Shown here: positions 1 to 9,080 of the stretch, piece by piece
Layout of the letters: every line of letters starts with the position of its first letter
Numbering within the stretch: position 1 is the stretch's first letter
Assembly (NCBI GenBank): GCA_963675595.2
Contig: CAXXLZ010000002.1
Span: 768,001-832,000, forward strand
Source of the DNA: Thermodesulfobacteriota bacterium
GTDB taxonomy: Bacteria > Desulfobacterota > Desulfarculia > JACQYL01
DNA length: 64,000 nucleotides
Direction: 5' to 3'
The notes under the pieces: generated by a model
Told to the model about the DNA's origin: nothing
The model's input: only the letters and a program-made list of their open reading frames with translations
Database searches by the model: none
Translations under genes and position numbers: made by a program

Positions 1-3
1 ATC

Positions 4-1554
4 TTGGGTCGAGAATACCTGGGCATGCTGAAACAAATCGGCGCGGAGGCCGGCCTCCAGAAGCTCGGTGAAAGCATGGTAGGGAAGAACGTGGTCCTGC
101 GGGTGGCTTCCACACATCCGGAACTGCTGCTGGACAAAACGGCCGTCCTAAACGACCACACCTCGGCTCGGGCGGGACGTGCCACAAGTCTCGAAGGAGC
201 CCAATCGGGGGATATCGTAGAGGGCAGAATCAAGACTCTTGAGCCTCCTTTGCGGCCCACCGCGGAGGGGCCTTACCGAGCGGTGATCGAAACACGGGGT
301 GGGAATGTTCCGGTGATGCTCACTCATCGGGCCGAAGTGGGCCGGCCCGTCATGTTTCGAATGCTGGACTCCGGGCCTCCGCCGGTCCTGTACCCATTGC
401 CCTCCGATACCACGGGGAAGAACGAAGGAGCCCAAATATCCTTCACAAAGGATGGGCTTGTTTTCGCGAAAATCCTGAAGCTGAGTCCCCCCCCGCCGGG
501 CACCGAAGGAATCGCCCTTCGCCGGGTTCCGGCTTACGTCGAAGTCGCGGGCAAGGAAGTGCAGGTCTTCCTGGAGGGAAAATTCGTGGAGGGTGAGAGC
601 AGGATGCTCCGCGTTTTAGACCCCGCTTTCCCTCCTCTGCTCACAACGGCCGAAGGCATGGAAACCGGGGAGCCGGATGACGCGACGATTTTGAGGCATC
701 TTTTCTCTTCTCGACTCCTCGGCGCCAGATCCTTAGACACTCTGCTCAGAACCGCCGCAGAATTCACATCGAAAGCCCAAGATGCCCCGGAGCTTTCCGA
801 AACCTTGCGCAGGGGTGCGGACCTTATCAGAAATCTGGTTTATGACGAAACGCAACTGGGACGAAGTGATTTTTTTCGCCGCTTTCTCCAATTGTCCGGC
901 TTCCTGACGAAAAGCGGGTCTGCGGAAGGAGCCAAGCCCGAAGCCGGCGTAGAAACCGACCCGCAAAACGCCAGGGAACTTCTATCTCGGATCGAGCAAC
1001 AGGTTTCCCGGTATCTGGAACATGGTCGGAATTCTTCAGAGCACAGCGAGCTGCGATCTCTGGCAGGTCAACTGCAGGATTCGGCAAAAGGTCTCCTCCA
1101 GCATCTGCTGGCCGCTCAGACGCTCAACACAATGTCCTTTGCAGAAAACGGCACTATGTCTTTCGACATTCCTTTCGGTTGGGCGGGGCTCATTGAGCCG
1201 GGCCGCCTTTCCGTCCAATTCAGGGAGGACGGTGAGGAAGACGATTCTCAGGACAGAGGGCCCTCCGAAATATTGATCGTCTTTCTTCTGGACCTGCAGC
1301 GAATCGGACCGATCCGTATCGATGCTCTCCTCAAAAGGGAAGACCACGTTTCGGTCACCGTAATGGTGGAAGATTCCGAGGTGGCCGATTACGTGAAGAA
1401 AAGACTGCCCGAACTCGAGTCCGCTTTGGAGGCCTCCGGATTCTCGGTGGAACGGTTAAGCTGTCTCAAAACGTTACCGAACAGAATCAAGGAAGAGAGC
1501 AGGCCGGAGGGGTTGGAAGAAATGGACGCAAACCGTATGCACATTATCGCCTAA
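4..1554 (+). CDS. fliK: Flagellar hook-length control protein FliK-like; reading frame is open at the window edge, so possibly 5'-truncated
   Basis: C-terminal FliK/T3S4-type segment (IVFLLDLQRIGPIRIDALLK...VSVTVMVED...KRLPELESALEASGFSVERLSC); directly followed by an FlhB-C-like gene, a common pairing. Confidence 0.7.
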   Translation: MGREYLGMLKQIGAEAGLQKLGESMVGKNVVLRVASTHPELLLDKTAVLNDHTSARAGRATSLEGAQSGDIVEGRIKTLEPPLRPTAEGPYRAVIETRGGNVPVMLTHRAEVGRPVMFRMLDSGPPPVLYPLPSDTTGKNEGAQISFTKDGLVFAKILKLSPPPPGTEGIALRRVPAYVEVAGKEVQVFLEGKFVEGESRMLRVLDPAFPPLLTTAEGMETGEPDDATILRHLFSSRLLGARSLDTLLRTAAEFTSKAQDAPELSETLRRGADLIRNLVYDETQLGRSDFFRRFLQLSGFLTKSGSAEGAKPEAGVETDPQNARELLSRIEQQVSRYLEHGRNSSEHSELRSLAGQLQDSAKGLLQHLLAAQTLNTMSFAENGTMSFDIPFGWAGLIEPGRLSVQFREDGEEDDSQDRGPSEILIVFLLDLQRIGPIRIDALLKREDHVSVTVMVEDSEVADYVKKRLPELESALEASGFSVERLSCLKTLPNRIKEESRPEGLEEMDANRMHIIA

Positions 1555-1557
1555 TCC

Positions 1558-1860
1558 ATGGCCGATACACCTCGCAGGAAATACCAAGCCAAAGAAGCCG
1601 TGGCGTTGGGCTACAAACCCCAACAGGACGCCGCTCCCAAAATCCTGGGCAAAGGTAAAGGTTTTGTTGCGGAGAAGATCCTTGAAATTGCGCGGAAACA
1701 CGGCATCCCGATAAAGTACGAACCGGACTTGGTGCAGATACTTTCGAAACTCGACCTGAACGAGCAAATACCTCCTTCGCTCTATCGTGTGGTGGCCGAG
1801 ATATTTGCTTTTGTTTATCGAGTCAACAGAGATTATCCCCGGCGTTCCGGCGGGGATTAA
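1558..1860 (+). CDS. Stand-alone FlhB C-terminal-like export switch protein (EscU/YscU/HrcU family, FlhX/YlqH type)
   Basis: AVALGY...APKILGKGKGFVAEKILEIARKHGIPI...LSKLDLNEQIPPSLYRVVAEIFAFVY. Confidence 0.9.
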   Translation: MADTPRRKYQAKEAVALGYKPQQDAAPKILGKGKGFVAEKILEIARKHGIPIKYEPDLVQILSKLDLNEQIPPSLYRVVAEIFAFVYRVNRDYPRRSGGD

Positions 1861-1914
1861 CAATGCGGACCGCTCGGGCTTCCCGCACGGCCCCGAGTTC
1901 TTACATGCAGGCCG

Positions 1915-3213
1915 TCAGCTCTTGAGTTGTATGGCGGTCTGAAGCATCTCGTTACTGGTTGAAACCACGGTGGAATTGGCGTTGAACCCCGTCTGTGTCA
2001 CGATGAGGCGAACGAGTTCGTTTGCCAAATTAACATTGGACGCCTCAAGACTGAATTGAAGGATGGACCCTCGCCGACCGCTGTCCGCCGTACCCACGGT
2101 GGCCTCGCCCGCAGCCGGCGTAGAGCGAAACAGGGTGTCGCCCGCTTTTTCAAGCCCGTCGTTGCTCACAAACGTGGTTACCGCCACCCGACCTACGCTG
2201 GAAAGATTCGGGTTGTCGTTATCATAGAGCGTGTAAACGGTTCCGTCCTGTCCCACGGTGATTTCCTGAAGTTCTCCCGTCCCATAGCCGTCCTGATTCA
2301 GTTCCTCCAGCAATGGAGGCAAGGTCGACGAAATGATCTCATTGGTGGCGAAGCTCGTGGGATCGTTCGGATCCAATAAGGACCAAGTCAAATTGTATAC
2401 CTGATCGTCCACGGTGAGATCGAAGGTGACGTCCTCAACATTCCCCGCTTCCCCGACTCCGGTCAACGCCCCATCCGTGAAGAAGAAATCGAAAGCCGCC
2501 TCACCCTCGTCCAACGTGGCATCCGTTGAGGTTGGTACGTTGAGATTGGAGACGGCTCCTTCCCCGGGACTAAGTATGACACGCCAGGATGTATCCCCGT
2601 TGGCTGTTCCTTCATTGATCTGGAAATTGATGCCGAGACCGGTGATCCGGTCCACAATGTCGCCGTACACGTCCAAATCAACAGCGGGAGATTGACCGGT
2701 ATCGAAGTTCAGGCGAAGGCCGCTCACGGAAAATTCCGTGGTCTGCTTGCTCAATTGAGTAAACTCCACCTGCAGGTTGCTTAGTTCCTCCTCGAAATCT
2801 CCGGTATCGGGATTGAAGGCGAACCCCTGGACTTTCATATCGGACTGATTAATCAGGACACCTTCATCGTCCAGCAAAAACGATCCGTTTCGGGTGTAAA
2901 AGGTGCGATCCGAATCGTCTTTAACGGTGAAAAAGCCGTCACCGTTAATAGCGAGGTCCGTGCCGTTGTCCGTTTGCGAAAGGGGGCCCTCAAGAAATAC
3001 GGTCTGGAAGGATTGAACCATGCTGCCCGCACCGGTGACGGAAGCGGCTACATTCTGCTTGGTCCGTTGCGCACCGTCCAAGATGTCCGCGAAGTTGCTC
3101 CGCTCGTATTTGAACCCCGTGGTTCCCACATTCGCCACGTTATTGCCGATAACGTCAAGGTCTTTTCCGAACGTATCCAACCCGGTGAATCCCGTCCAGA
3201 TCGAAGAAATCAT
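1915..3213 (-). CDS. flgE: Flagellar hook/basal-body protein FlgE-type, inverted relative to its neighbours
   Basis: N-terminal GLDTFGKDLDVIGNNVANVGTTGFK, DLAINGDGFF, YTRNGSF, C-terminal LEASNVNLANELVRLIVTQTGFNANS; ATG at 3213 preceded by a GAGAGGAG RBS. Confidence 0.85.
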   Translation of the reverse strand: MISSIWTGFTGLDTFGKDLDVIGNNVANVGTTGFKYERSNFADILDGAQRTKQNVAASVTGAGSMVQSFQTVFLEGPLSQTDNGTDLAINGDGFFTVKDDSDRTFYTRNGSFLLDDEGVLINQSDMKVQGFAFNPDTGDFEEELSNLQVEFTQLSKQTTEFSVSGLRLNFDTGQSPAVDLDVYGDIVDRITGLGINFQINEGTANGDTSWRVILSPGEGAVSNLNVPTSTDATLDEGEAAFDFFFTDGALTGVGEAGNVEDVTFDLTVDDQVYNLTWSLLDPNDPTSFATNEIISSTLPPLLEELNQDGYGTGELQEITVGQDGTVYTLYDNDNPNLSSVGRVAVTTFVSNDGLEKAGDTLFRSTPAAGEATVGTADSGRRGSILQFSLEASNVNLANELVRLIVTQTGFNANSTVVSTSNEMLQTAIQLKS

Positions 3214-3339
3214 CCCGGACTCCTCTCTCGATTTCGCCAAGCACGAATGCCTGCGAACACACCAAACACCACTCCGCCGAAGGTGAGAAGAACCACGACG
3301 CTCATTCGTCCTTCGGCGAGTTTGCCGTTCTCCTTACTC

Positions 3340-3355
3340 AGCAACATCCATGCCG
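3340..3355 (-). promoter_or_regulatory. Putative sigma54 promoter for the flgE-type gene
   Basis: Minus strand CGGCATGGATGTTGCT, GG-N10-GC spacing of -24/-12. Confidence 0.6.
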
Positions 3356-3695
3356 GGATTTTGACGGTTTGTTAAGCCGTTGAAGTCAAACGGCCGCACT
3401 ACTCCAACGCCTCACCCACATCACGTTCTTTCCGACGGGGGAAGCCTTCCCCCTCAAGCCTGAACGGCCGGCGACAGAGCCTTCAAATCGGCCGTGGTCA
3501 TCCGCTTCCTCGTCGAGAAGGGTGTGGCGCAAACAGGACTTTTGACTCCCGCACCTGTTTGGTGCCCCCGATCACGGTAGGCAAATTGTGCTGAATGGGC
3601 AGGATGTACCTGCCGCATGGAGACCGGCAGGCCCTCCGGAAGCCTTCTTTTCAGCGGCCGAGCTCCGGGTCCCCTGCCCTTTGGGCCCTATCCAA

Positions 3696-3711
3696 TGGCA
3701 CGCTACTTGCT
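3696..3711 (+). promoter_or_regulatory. Sigma54 promoter for the flgF operon
   Basis: TGGCACGCTACTTGCT matches TGGCAC-N5-TTGCW, about 40 bp upstream of the flgF ATG. Confidence 0.85.
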
Positions 3712-3749
3712 TTTCTATGGGGCGCCACACCTCAACAAGGAGAAACGCT

Positions 3750-4541
3750 ATGGAGCGGTCGGTCGCCGCGATAACCGCCGGCCTGTTTTCTGAAATGAAG
3801 AAACTGGACGTCATCTCGAACAATCTGGCCAATGTGAATACGCCCGGTTTCAAGCGAGACGAAACGTTCAGCGACTGGATGAGCGTCTTTCTGCTCAATG
3901 CCGAAATCAGTCCGGAAACGGCGGCCAAAGATGCCCTGCGCCTTAAGGAACTGCTCGCAAACCAGGATCAGGACGGCACCCTGGTGGATGCCAGAACCAT
4001 CATGGAGGAAGGCGTTTTCGATCACACGGGTGCTCCCCTCGATGTAGCCCTACAGGGAGACGGCTTCTTCACTCTGCAACAGGGGGACCGTGAAATCTAC
4101 ACACGTAGGGGGCGATTCCAGCTGGACGAGCAGGGCACCCTGGTTTCCACCGACGGCTTTCCCGTAATCGGTGAAAATGATCTCCCCATCCGAATCGACC
4201 GGGAAAACCCCACGGCTCCCTACGAGATCCGGATCGATGAGGATGGAACCGTATACAACAACGACAACGCGGTCGGGAGACTTAAGCTGATCGCCCAGCC
4301 CGAAGGAGAGCGGTTCGCCAAGATCGCCCGCACTTCCTTCGTTCTGCGCCCGGGCGTCGAGCCTCCCACGGCCCTGGGACAAGTACTTGTCAAACAAGGC
4401 TACCTTGAGACGAGCAACGTCAGCGTCGTCAAGGAAATGACGGACATGATGAATGCGTACAGGACCTTTGAGAGCTATCAGAAAATAATGACTACCATGG
4501 ACGATCTCAAAGGCCGATTGATCAGTTCCGTCACCGCATAA
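3750..4541 (+). CDS. flgF: Flagellar basal-body rod protein FlgF
   Basis: [49 protein letters not shown]; upstream of flgG; AAGGAG RBS before ATG 3750. Confidence 0.9.
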   Translation: MERSVAAITAGLFSEMKKLDVISNNLANVNTPGFKRDETFSDWMSVFLLNAEISPETAAKDALRLKELLANQDQDGTLVDARTIMEEGVFDHTGAPLDVALQGDGFFTLQQGDREIYTRRGRFQLDEQGTLVSTDGFPVIGENDLPIRIDRENPTAPYEIRIDEDGTVYNNDNAVGRLKLIAQPEGERFAKIARTSFVLRPGVEPPTALGQVLVKQGYLETSNVSVVKEMTDMMNAYRTFESYQKIMTTMDDLKGRLISSVTA

Positions 4542-4566
4542 ATCTTAATTCCAGGGAGGCCTCCTC

Positions 4567-5355
4567 ATGATTCGAACCCTGTTTTCGGCAGCTACCGGAA
4601 TGCAGGCACAGCAGCTGAACATGGACGTCATTTCCAACAACCTGGCCAACGTCAACACCACCGGGTTCAAGAAATCACGCCCGGATTTTCAGGATCTGAT
4701 CTACCAGAACCTGCAGCTGGCCGGGATGCCCAGTTCCACCACCACCCAGGTGCCCGCCGGCATCCAGGTCGGTTTGGGTGTGCGTCCTGCGGCGATCCAG
4801 CGTCTTCATCTGCAGGGAGATTTCATCAAAACCGACAACTCGCTTGACCTTGCAATCTCCGGACAAGGTTTCTTTCAAATCCAACACCCCAACGGAGAAA
4901 CTTTGTATACCCGTTCCGGTGCCTTTAAGCTCAACGCGGACGGACAAGTGGTCAATTCCGACGGATGGATGCTGCTTCCCGAGATCACCATCCCCGAGGA
5001 CGCCGAAGAGATCAACGTGGCCTCCGACGGAACGGTGAGCGTGCGGCAGGGCGGGCAGACGACGGCGACGCAAGTCGGAAACATTGAACTGGTCACCTTC
5101 GCCAATCCCACAGGTCTCGAAAGTGTCGGACGAAATAATTTCCGCCCCACGGACGCTTCCGGAGATCCCATTGCGGGCATACCCGGTGAGAACGGTGTGG
5201 GAGAAATCGAACAAGGATACCTCGAGCTTTCCAACGTATCGGTGGTGGACGAGATGGTGGCCATGATCGTGGCGCAACGCGCCTACGAAGCCAACAGCAA
5301 GGCGGTCCAGACCGGCGACCAGCTTCTGAGCCTCGCCAACGGTCTGAAACGGTAA
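4567..5355 (+). CDS. flgG: Flagellar basal-body rod protein FlgG
   Basis: [47 protein letters not shown]...GIQVGLGV...[11 protein letters not shown]. Confidence 0.97.
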   Translation: MIRTLFSAATGMQAQQLNMDVISNNLANVNTTGFKKSRPDFQDLIYQNLQLAGMPSSTTTQVPAGIQVGLGVRPAAIQRLHLQGDFIKTDNSLDLAISGQGFFQIQHPNGETLYTRSGAFKLNADGQVVNSDGWMLLPEITIPEDAEEINVASDGTVSVRQGGQTTATQVGNIELVTFANPTGLESVGRNNFRPTDASGDPIAGIPGENGVGEIEQGYLELSNVSVVDEMVAMIVAQRAYEANSKAVQTGDQLLSLANGLKR

Positions 5356-5370
5356 CCCGCAAATCCGGAG

Positions 5371-6372
5371 TTGATTGAGCTTATGAAGCCCCGCAATCGT
5401 CATTTACGGACCGTTCTGTGGAGCCTGACCTTGGCGGCCCTGACATTATGGAGCGTCCGGCTCCATGCCGGCTCCCCGCCGGACGCCGGAGTCGAGCTCA
5501 AGCAGGCCGCCGCGGTGACGCATCACCTGGTGCTTCTATCGGACGTTGCCGAGATAACCAGCCTCGATCCTTCTCTAAAGAAGGCGTTGGAAAACTTGGC
5601 CGTGGACGCGTCTCCCGGCCTCTGCAGGGAAGCCCGACTCGATGCCGAAAAAGTGCGGCAAAGGATCACCGACGATTTTCCCAGGCTCCATATTCAGGTT
5701 TCAGGAGCCTCTTCGGTCCAAGTGATCCGCTCATGCCGAACCGTTACGGAATCCGAACTCGAAGAGGCGGGCAAGAAGTACATTTTCTCTCATATGCCCT
5801 GGAAAGAGGAAACGGTCGAAGTGACCGACGTGAGGGTCCCGGAGTTGGTTTTCCCGGACCTGCCGGTCAGCGTGGAATTCTCTGAGTCGACCGGAGAGGA
5901 CTTTCTCGGAAACATCAGCCTGATGGCGCTGATCAAACACAATGGAGAGACGCTTAGGGCCGTGCGATGGACGGGAAGGATTTCCGTGTTCGAAAACGTA
6001 GTCGTGGCTGCGAGGACGCTGGACAGAGACCAGTTGATTACCGCCGATGACGTAACTTTGCGACAAACGGACCTGTCACAACTCCACACCGAGCCCCTCA
6101 GATCGCTGGACGGCCTCGCGGGCAAGCGGGTAATACGTCGAATTCCCGAAGGAAATCTGGTCCGTCACGAAGATTTGGACCGGCCTCTCCTGGTGCAAAG
6201 AGGCGATCGAGTGTTCCTGAAAGCCCAAACCGCCATGATCGAGGTCACGGCCACGGGCGTCGCTCTGGACGATGGAAGCCTCGGAGACGCGGTGAGGGTT
6301 CGGAACCTGTCGTCAAAGAGAGAAATCGTCGGACTCGTTGCCGGCCCCCATTGGGTCAAGGTGGTATTCTGA
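5371..6372 (+). CDS. flgA: Flagellar P-ring formation chaperone FlgA
   Basis: Signal peptide; SAF-type region and C-terminal LVQRGDRV...TATGVALDDGSLGDAVRVRNLSSKREI; position between flgG and flgH. Confidence 0.93.
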   Translation: MIELMKPRNRHLRTVLWSLTLAALTLWSVRLHAGSPPDAGVELKQAAAVTHHLVLLSDVAEITSLDPSLKKALENLAVDASPGLCREARLDAEKVRQRITDDFPRLHIQVSGASSVQVIRSCRTVTESELEEAGKKYIFSHMPWKEETVEVTDVRVPELVFPDLPVSVEFSESTGEDFLGNISLMALIKHNGETLRAVRWTGRISVFENVVVAARTLDRDQLITADDVTLRQTDLSQLHTEPLRSLDGLAGKRVIRRIPEGNLVRHEDLDRPLLVQRGDRVFLKAQTAMIEVTATGVALDDGSLGDAVRVRNLSSKREIVGLVAGPHWVKVVF

Positions 6373-7106
6373 TGAAAAAAAGCGTGTCGGCACAAGCAAC
6401 TTTCCGGAAATGGGGCTTTCTTATTTGCGTTTCTTTGATTCTGACCGCCTCCTGCTCCTCCGAAGATCGGAACCGACGTCGGGATTATTTCGGTCAGGTG
6501 CCGGAGCCCGTGGAAACATTTCCTCAAAAAGAATATCCCGGTTCTTTGTGGAAAGAACGCAACTCGGAGAGTATTCTCTTCATGGATCACAAGGCGGGTC
6601 AGATTAACGACATCGTTACCGTGCTCATTGTGGAAAACTCATCCGGTCAAGGAGTTTCGAACTCCAAGCTGGAGAAGACGTCGGACGTGCAGTTCGGTGT
6701 GGACGGCGCCTTGGGCTTGCCCAGTTCCCTCGGCATGAACAATTTCCTGGGATTGGGCTCTCCGTTCCAGCCTTCGGTGTCGGCGGAAACCACCAATGAT
6801 TTTGAAGGAAAAGCAAGAACTACCAGGACGGGAAGCCTCAGCGGCACCATCACCTGCCGCGTAGTCAAACTATTTCCCAACGGGAACCTCGAGATTCGCG
6901 GTTCCCGCGAAATCACCATCAATCGTGAACAGCAGTTCATCATGCTGAGCGGAGTCATCCGTCAGGAAGACATTGATTCGCTCAACGTGGTTCGATCGGA
7001 CCGTATCGCGGATGCGCGAATTGAATACTACGGTGAAGGGGTTCTCGCGGACAAGGAGACCCCGGGGTGGCTCGCCCGTGTACTGGATTGGGTGTGGCCG
7101 TTTTAG
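6372..7106 (+). CDS. flgH: Flagellar L-ring lipoprotein FlgH
   Basis: Lipobox LTASC; GSLW...DHKAGQINDIVTVLIVE; LFPNGNLEIRGSREITIN...SDRIADARIEYYGEG...PGWL...WPF; ATG overlaps the flgA stop. Confidence 0.96.
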   Translation: MKKSVSAQATFRKWGFLICVSLILTASCSSEDRNRRRDYFGQVPEPVETFPQKEYPGSLWKERNSESILFMDHKAGQINDIVTVLIVENSSGQGVSNSKLEKTSDVQFGVDGALGLPSSLGMNNFLGLGSPFQPSVSAETTNDFEGKARTTRTGSLSGTITCRVVKLFPNGNLEIRGSREITINREQQFIMLSGVIRQEDIDSLNVVRSDRIADARIEYYGEGVLADKETPGWLARVLDWVWPF

Positions 7107-7134
7107 GATTGAACTGAAGAGAGTGTGCCTATCC

Positions 7135-7566
7135 ATGAAAAAGATTTCGAGGAGTGAATTTGTAAGCCTATGGGCGGTCATGCTGAGCGCCGTCCTCCTG
7201 TTCGCACTTTCGGGATGCGGCGGCGGAGCCACGGGTTCCGAGGGGAACGACGGGCAAGACACTTTGAGGCTCACCGTGGTCCCGGACCGGATCAATATCA
7301 GTGATGGGGGCAGTTGCTCGGTGAACGTCACCCTGTGGGACGCGAACGCGGAACCAATCATCGGTACGGTGTACTTGGCTTCGACCTTCGGGACGCTGGG
7401 CGCGTCCTCCGTCACCACGGTGGCCGATCCCGGCGGGACCGCTGCAAGCGCCGCCACCACATTGACTCCCAGCGACACCACCACTGTGGGCAACGCCGTG
7501 GTCACCGCCACTTTCGGTTCCATCACGGTTTGGGTATCGGTTGAATTCTACAAGACCCTCGGCTGA
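7135..7566 (+). CDS. Small lipoprotein with a single Big_1/invasin-like Ig domain
   Basis: Lipobox LSGC followed by GGG; LTVVPDRI..DGGS.CSVNVTLWDANAEPI...AVVTATFGS pattern typical of bacterial Ig-like domains. Confidence 0.7.
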   Translation: MKKISRSEFVSLWAVMLSAVLLFALSGCGGGATGSEGNDGQDTLRLTVVPDRINISDGGSCSVNVTLWDANAEPIIGTVYLASTFGTLGASSVTTVADPGGTAASAATTLTPSDTTTVGNAVVTATFGSITVWVSVEFYKTLG

Positions 7567-7587
7567 GAACGGTTGGAGGAACCTTCC

Positions 7588-9012
7588 ATGAAGCGATGCA
7601 ACACCGAACACCTGTTCTTCCTGATTCTGATCTTGAGCATTTCCGCATTGGGCTGCAGTGGAGGCGGAGGCGGATCCACCTCCGTGGTGACTCCCCAGGG
7701 CCCCCAGATCAATCCTCCCGAGGTCACCCTGTACTTCGGAGACGAGATACTCCTCAGCGTTTCGGGCGGAGCAGCCCCTTACACCTGGTCGTCCACCAAT
7801 CTCACTGTAGGCAAAGTGGATCCGGACCGAATCTCCACCGACGGACGTTCCGCCTATTTCGTTGCCAATACCAAGTTGCCCGAAGAGACGACCGACAACA
7901 TGACGGCCACGGTTATCGCCATGGACGCCAACGGCAGATCGGCTCAGGCCACCATCACCATGATTCTGAACCTTCTTCTGGTGACCCCCGGTCAAGCCAC
8001 CATCGCCCTGGACTCTCTGACCACTCCGAGCATCCGCTTCTCCGTCACCGGAGGAGAGTCCCCTTATTATTGGACGGCGGATAAGCCCTACCTGGCTGAT
8101 CTTTATCCGAACGGCGACGGTTCCATCGTAACCGTGTTTCCCACGCAGGCCGGCATTCTGAGTCTGACCGTCACGGACTCGCGGAATACTCAGTCCCCGG
8201 ACGGCGTCACGTTGACGATCGTCGACGAAGCGCCCGGCATCACCCCCTCCATGATCACCCTATCGTCGGAAACGGACGCCGGGGCATACACATTCCTGTT
8301 TTCCGGGGGTACGCAACCCTATGTTCTCTACACGTCGGACCCGAATATTCTCGATGTTCCACAAATTGCTCAAGACGCCACATCCGCGGATGTGACCGCC
8401 CTACAGGTGGGAGAGGCCGATTTGATTCTGGAGGACGCCACGGGCCAGAAGGCGGTGGCCTCCGTGACCGTGACCGATTTGCAGGATACGATCACCATCA
8501 GTCCCTCCCTGGCCGTGATCAGTCCCGGGGATTACGTTACCTTCCAAGCGCTCCACGGGCTCAGTCCCTATTACTGGACCAATGAGAACCCTGAGCTGGG
8601 TCAGTTGTTTACCAGCGGCACGGGAGACAGGGTGGCTGATTTTTATGCCGGGAACGACGCCGGTGTGGCTTCCATCGTTCTGGAAGACAGCCGACAAGCC
8701 CAGTCGGTGGCTCGCATTACCATTGAAGACGCACTCCGGATTCTTCCCGGCTTGGTGACCACTCAGCAGGGCACGGCTCAAGCCCTGAGCTTCATCGTTC
8801 AGGGCGGAGTACCGCCTTATTCCGCCTTCCTCAGCGACTACAGGTTCGGCACCGTAACTCAGCCGACGCTTAATACGGATCGTAATCAGTACGAATTCAC
8901 CGTGACCACCTCGGCCTCGGCCGCTGCCATGACTTGGCAAGACATCGTGGAAGTGTACGACGTGGGAGGCTTGAAGGCCACCTTGGACGTCGAGGTGGTC
9001 GCCGCAAACTAA
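7588..9012 (+). CDS. Lipoprotein with 5 tandem Ig-like repeats
   Basis: Lipobox ALGC-SGGGGG; five repeats of about 85 aa with an xP..(S/T)GG..PY.W...D core; GGAGGA RBS. Confidence 0.75.
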   Translation: MKRCNTEHLFFLILILSISALGCSGGGGGSTSVVTPQGPQINPPEVTLYFGDEILLSVSGGAAPYTWSSTNLTVGKVDPDRISTDGRSAYFVANTKLPEETTDNMTATVIAMDANGRSAQATITMILNLLLVTPGQATIALDSLTTPSIRFSVTGGESPYYWTADKPYLADLYPNGDGSIVTVFPTQAGILSLTVTDSRNTQSPDGVTLTIVDEAPGITPSMITLSSETDAGAYTFLFSGGTQPYVLYTSDPNILDVPQIAQDATSADVTALQVGEADLILEDATGQKAVASVTVTDLQDTITISPSLAVISPGDYVTFQALHGLSPYYWTNENPELGQLFTSGTGDRVADFYAGNDAGVASIVLEDSRQAQSVARITIEDALRILPGLVTTQQGTAQALSFIVQGGVPPYSAFLSDYRFGTVTQPTLNTDRNQYEFTVTTSASAAAMTWQDIVEVYDVGGLKATLDVEVVAAN

Positions 9013-9080
9013 AACAGCGTTGCATTCATCTTCCGGGGAACCTGCTCCGGAGCACGTGAGACTACAAATCGGGGGAGAAA

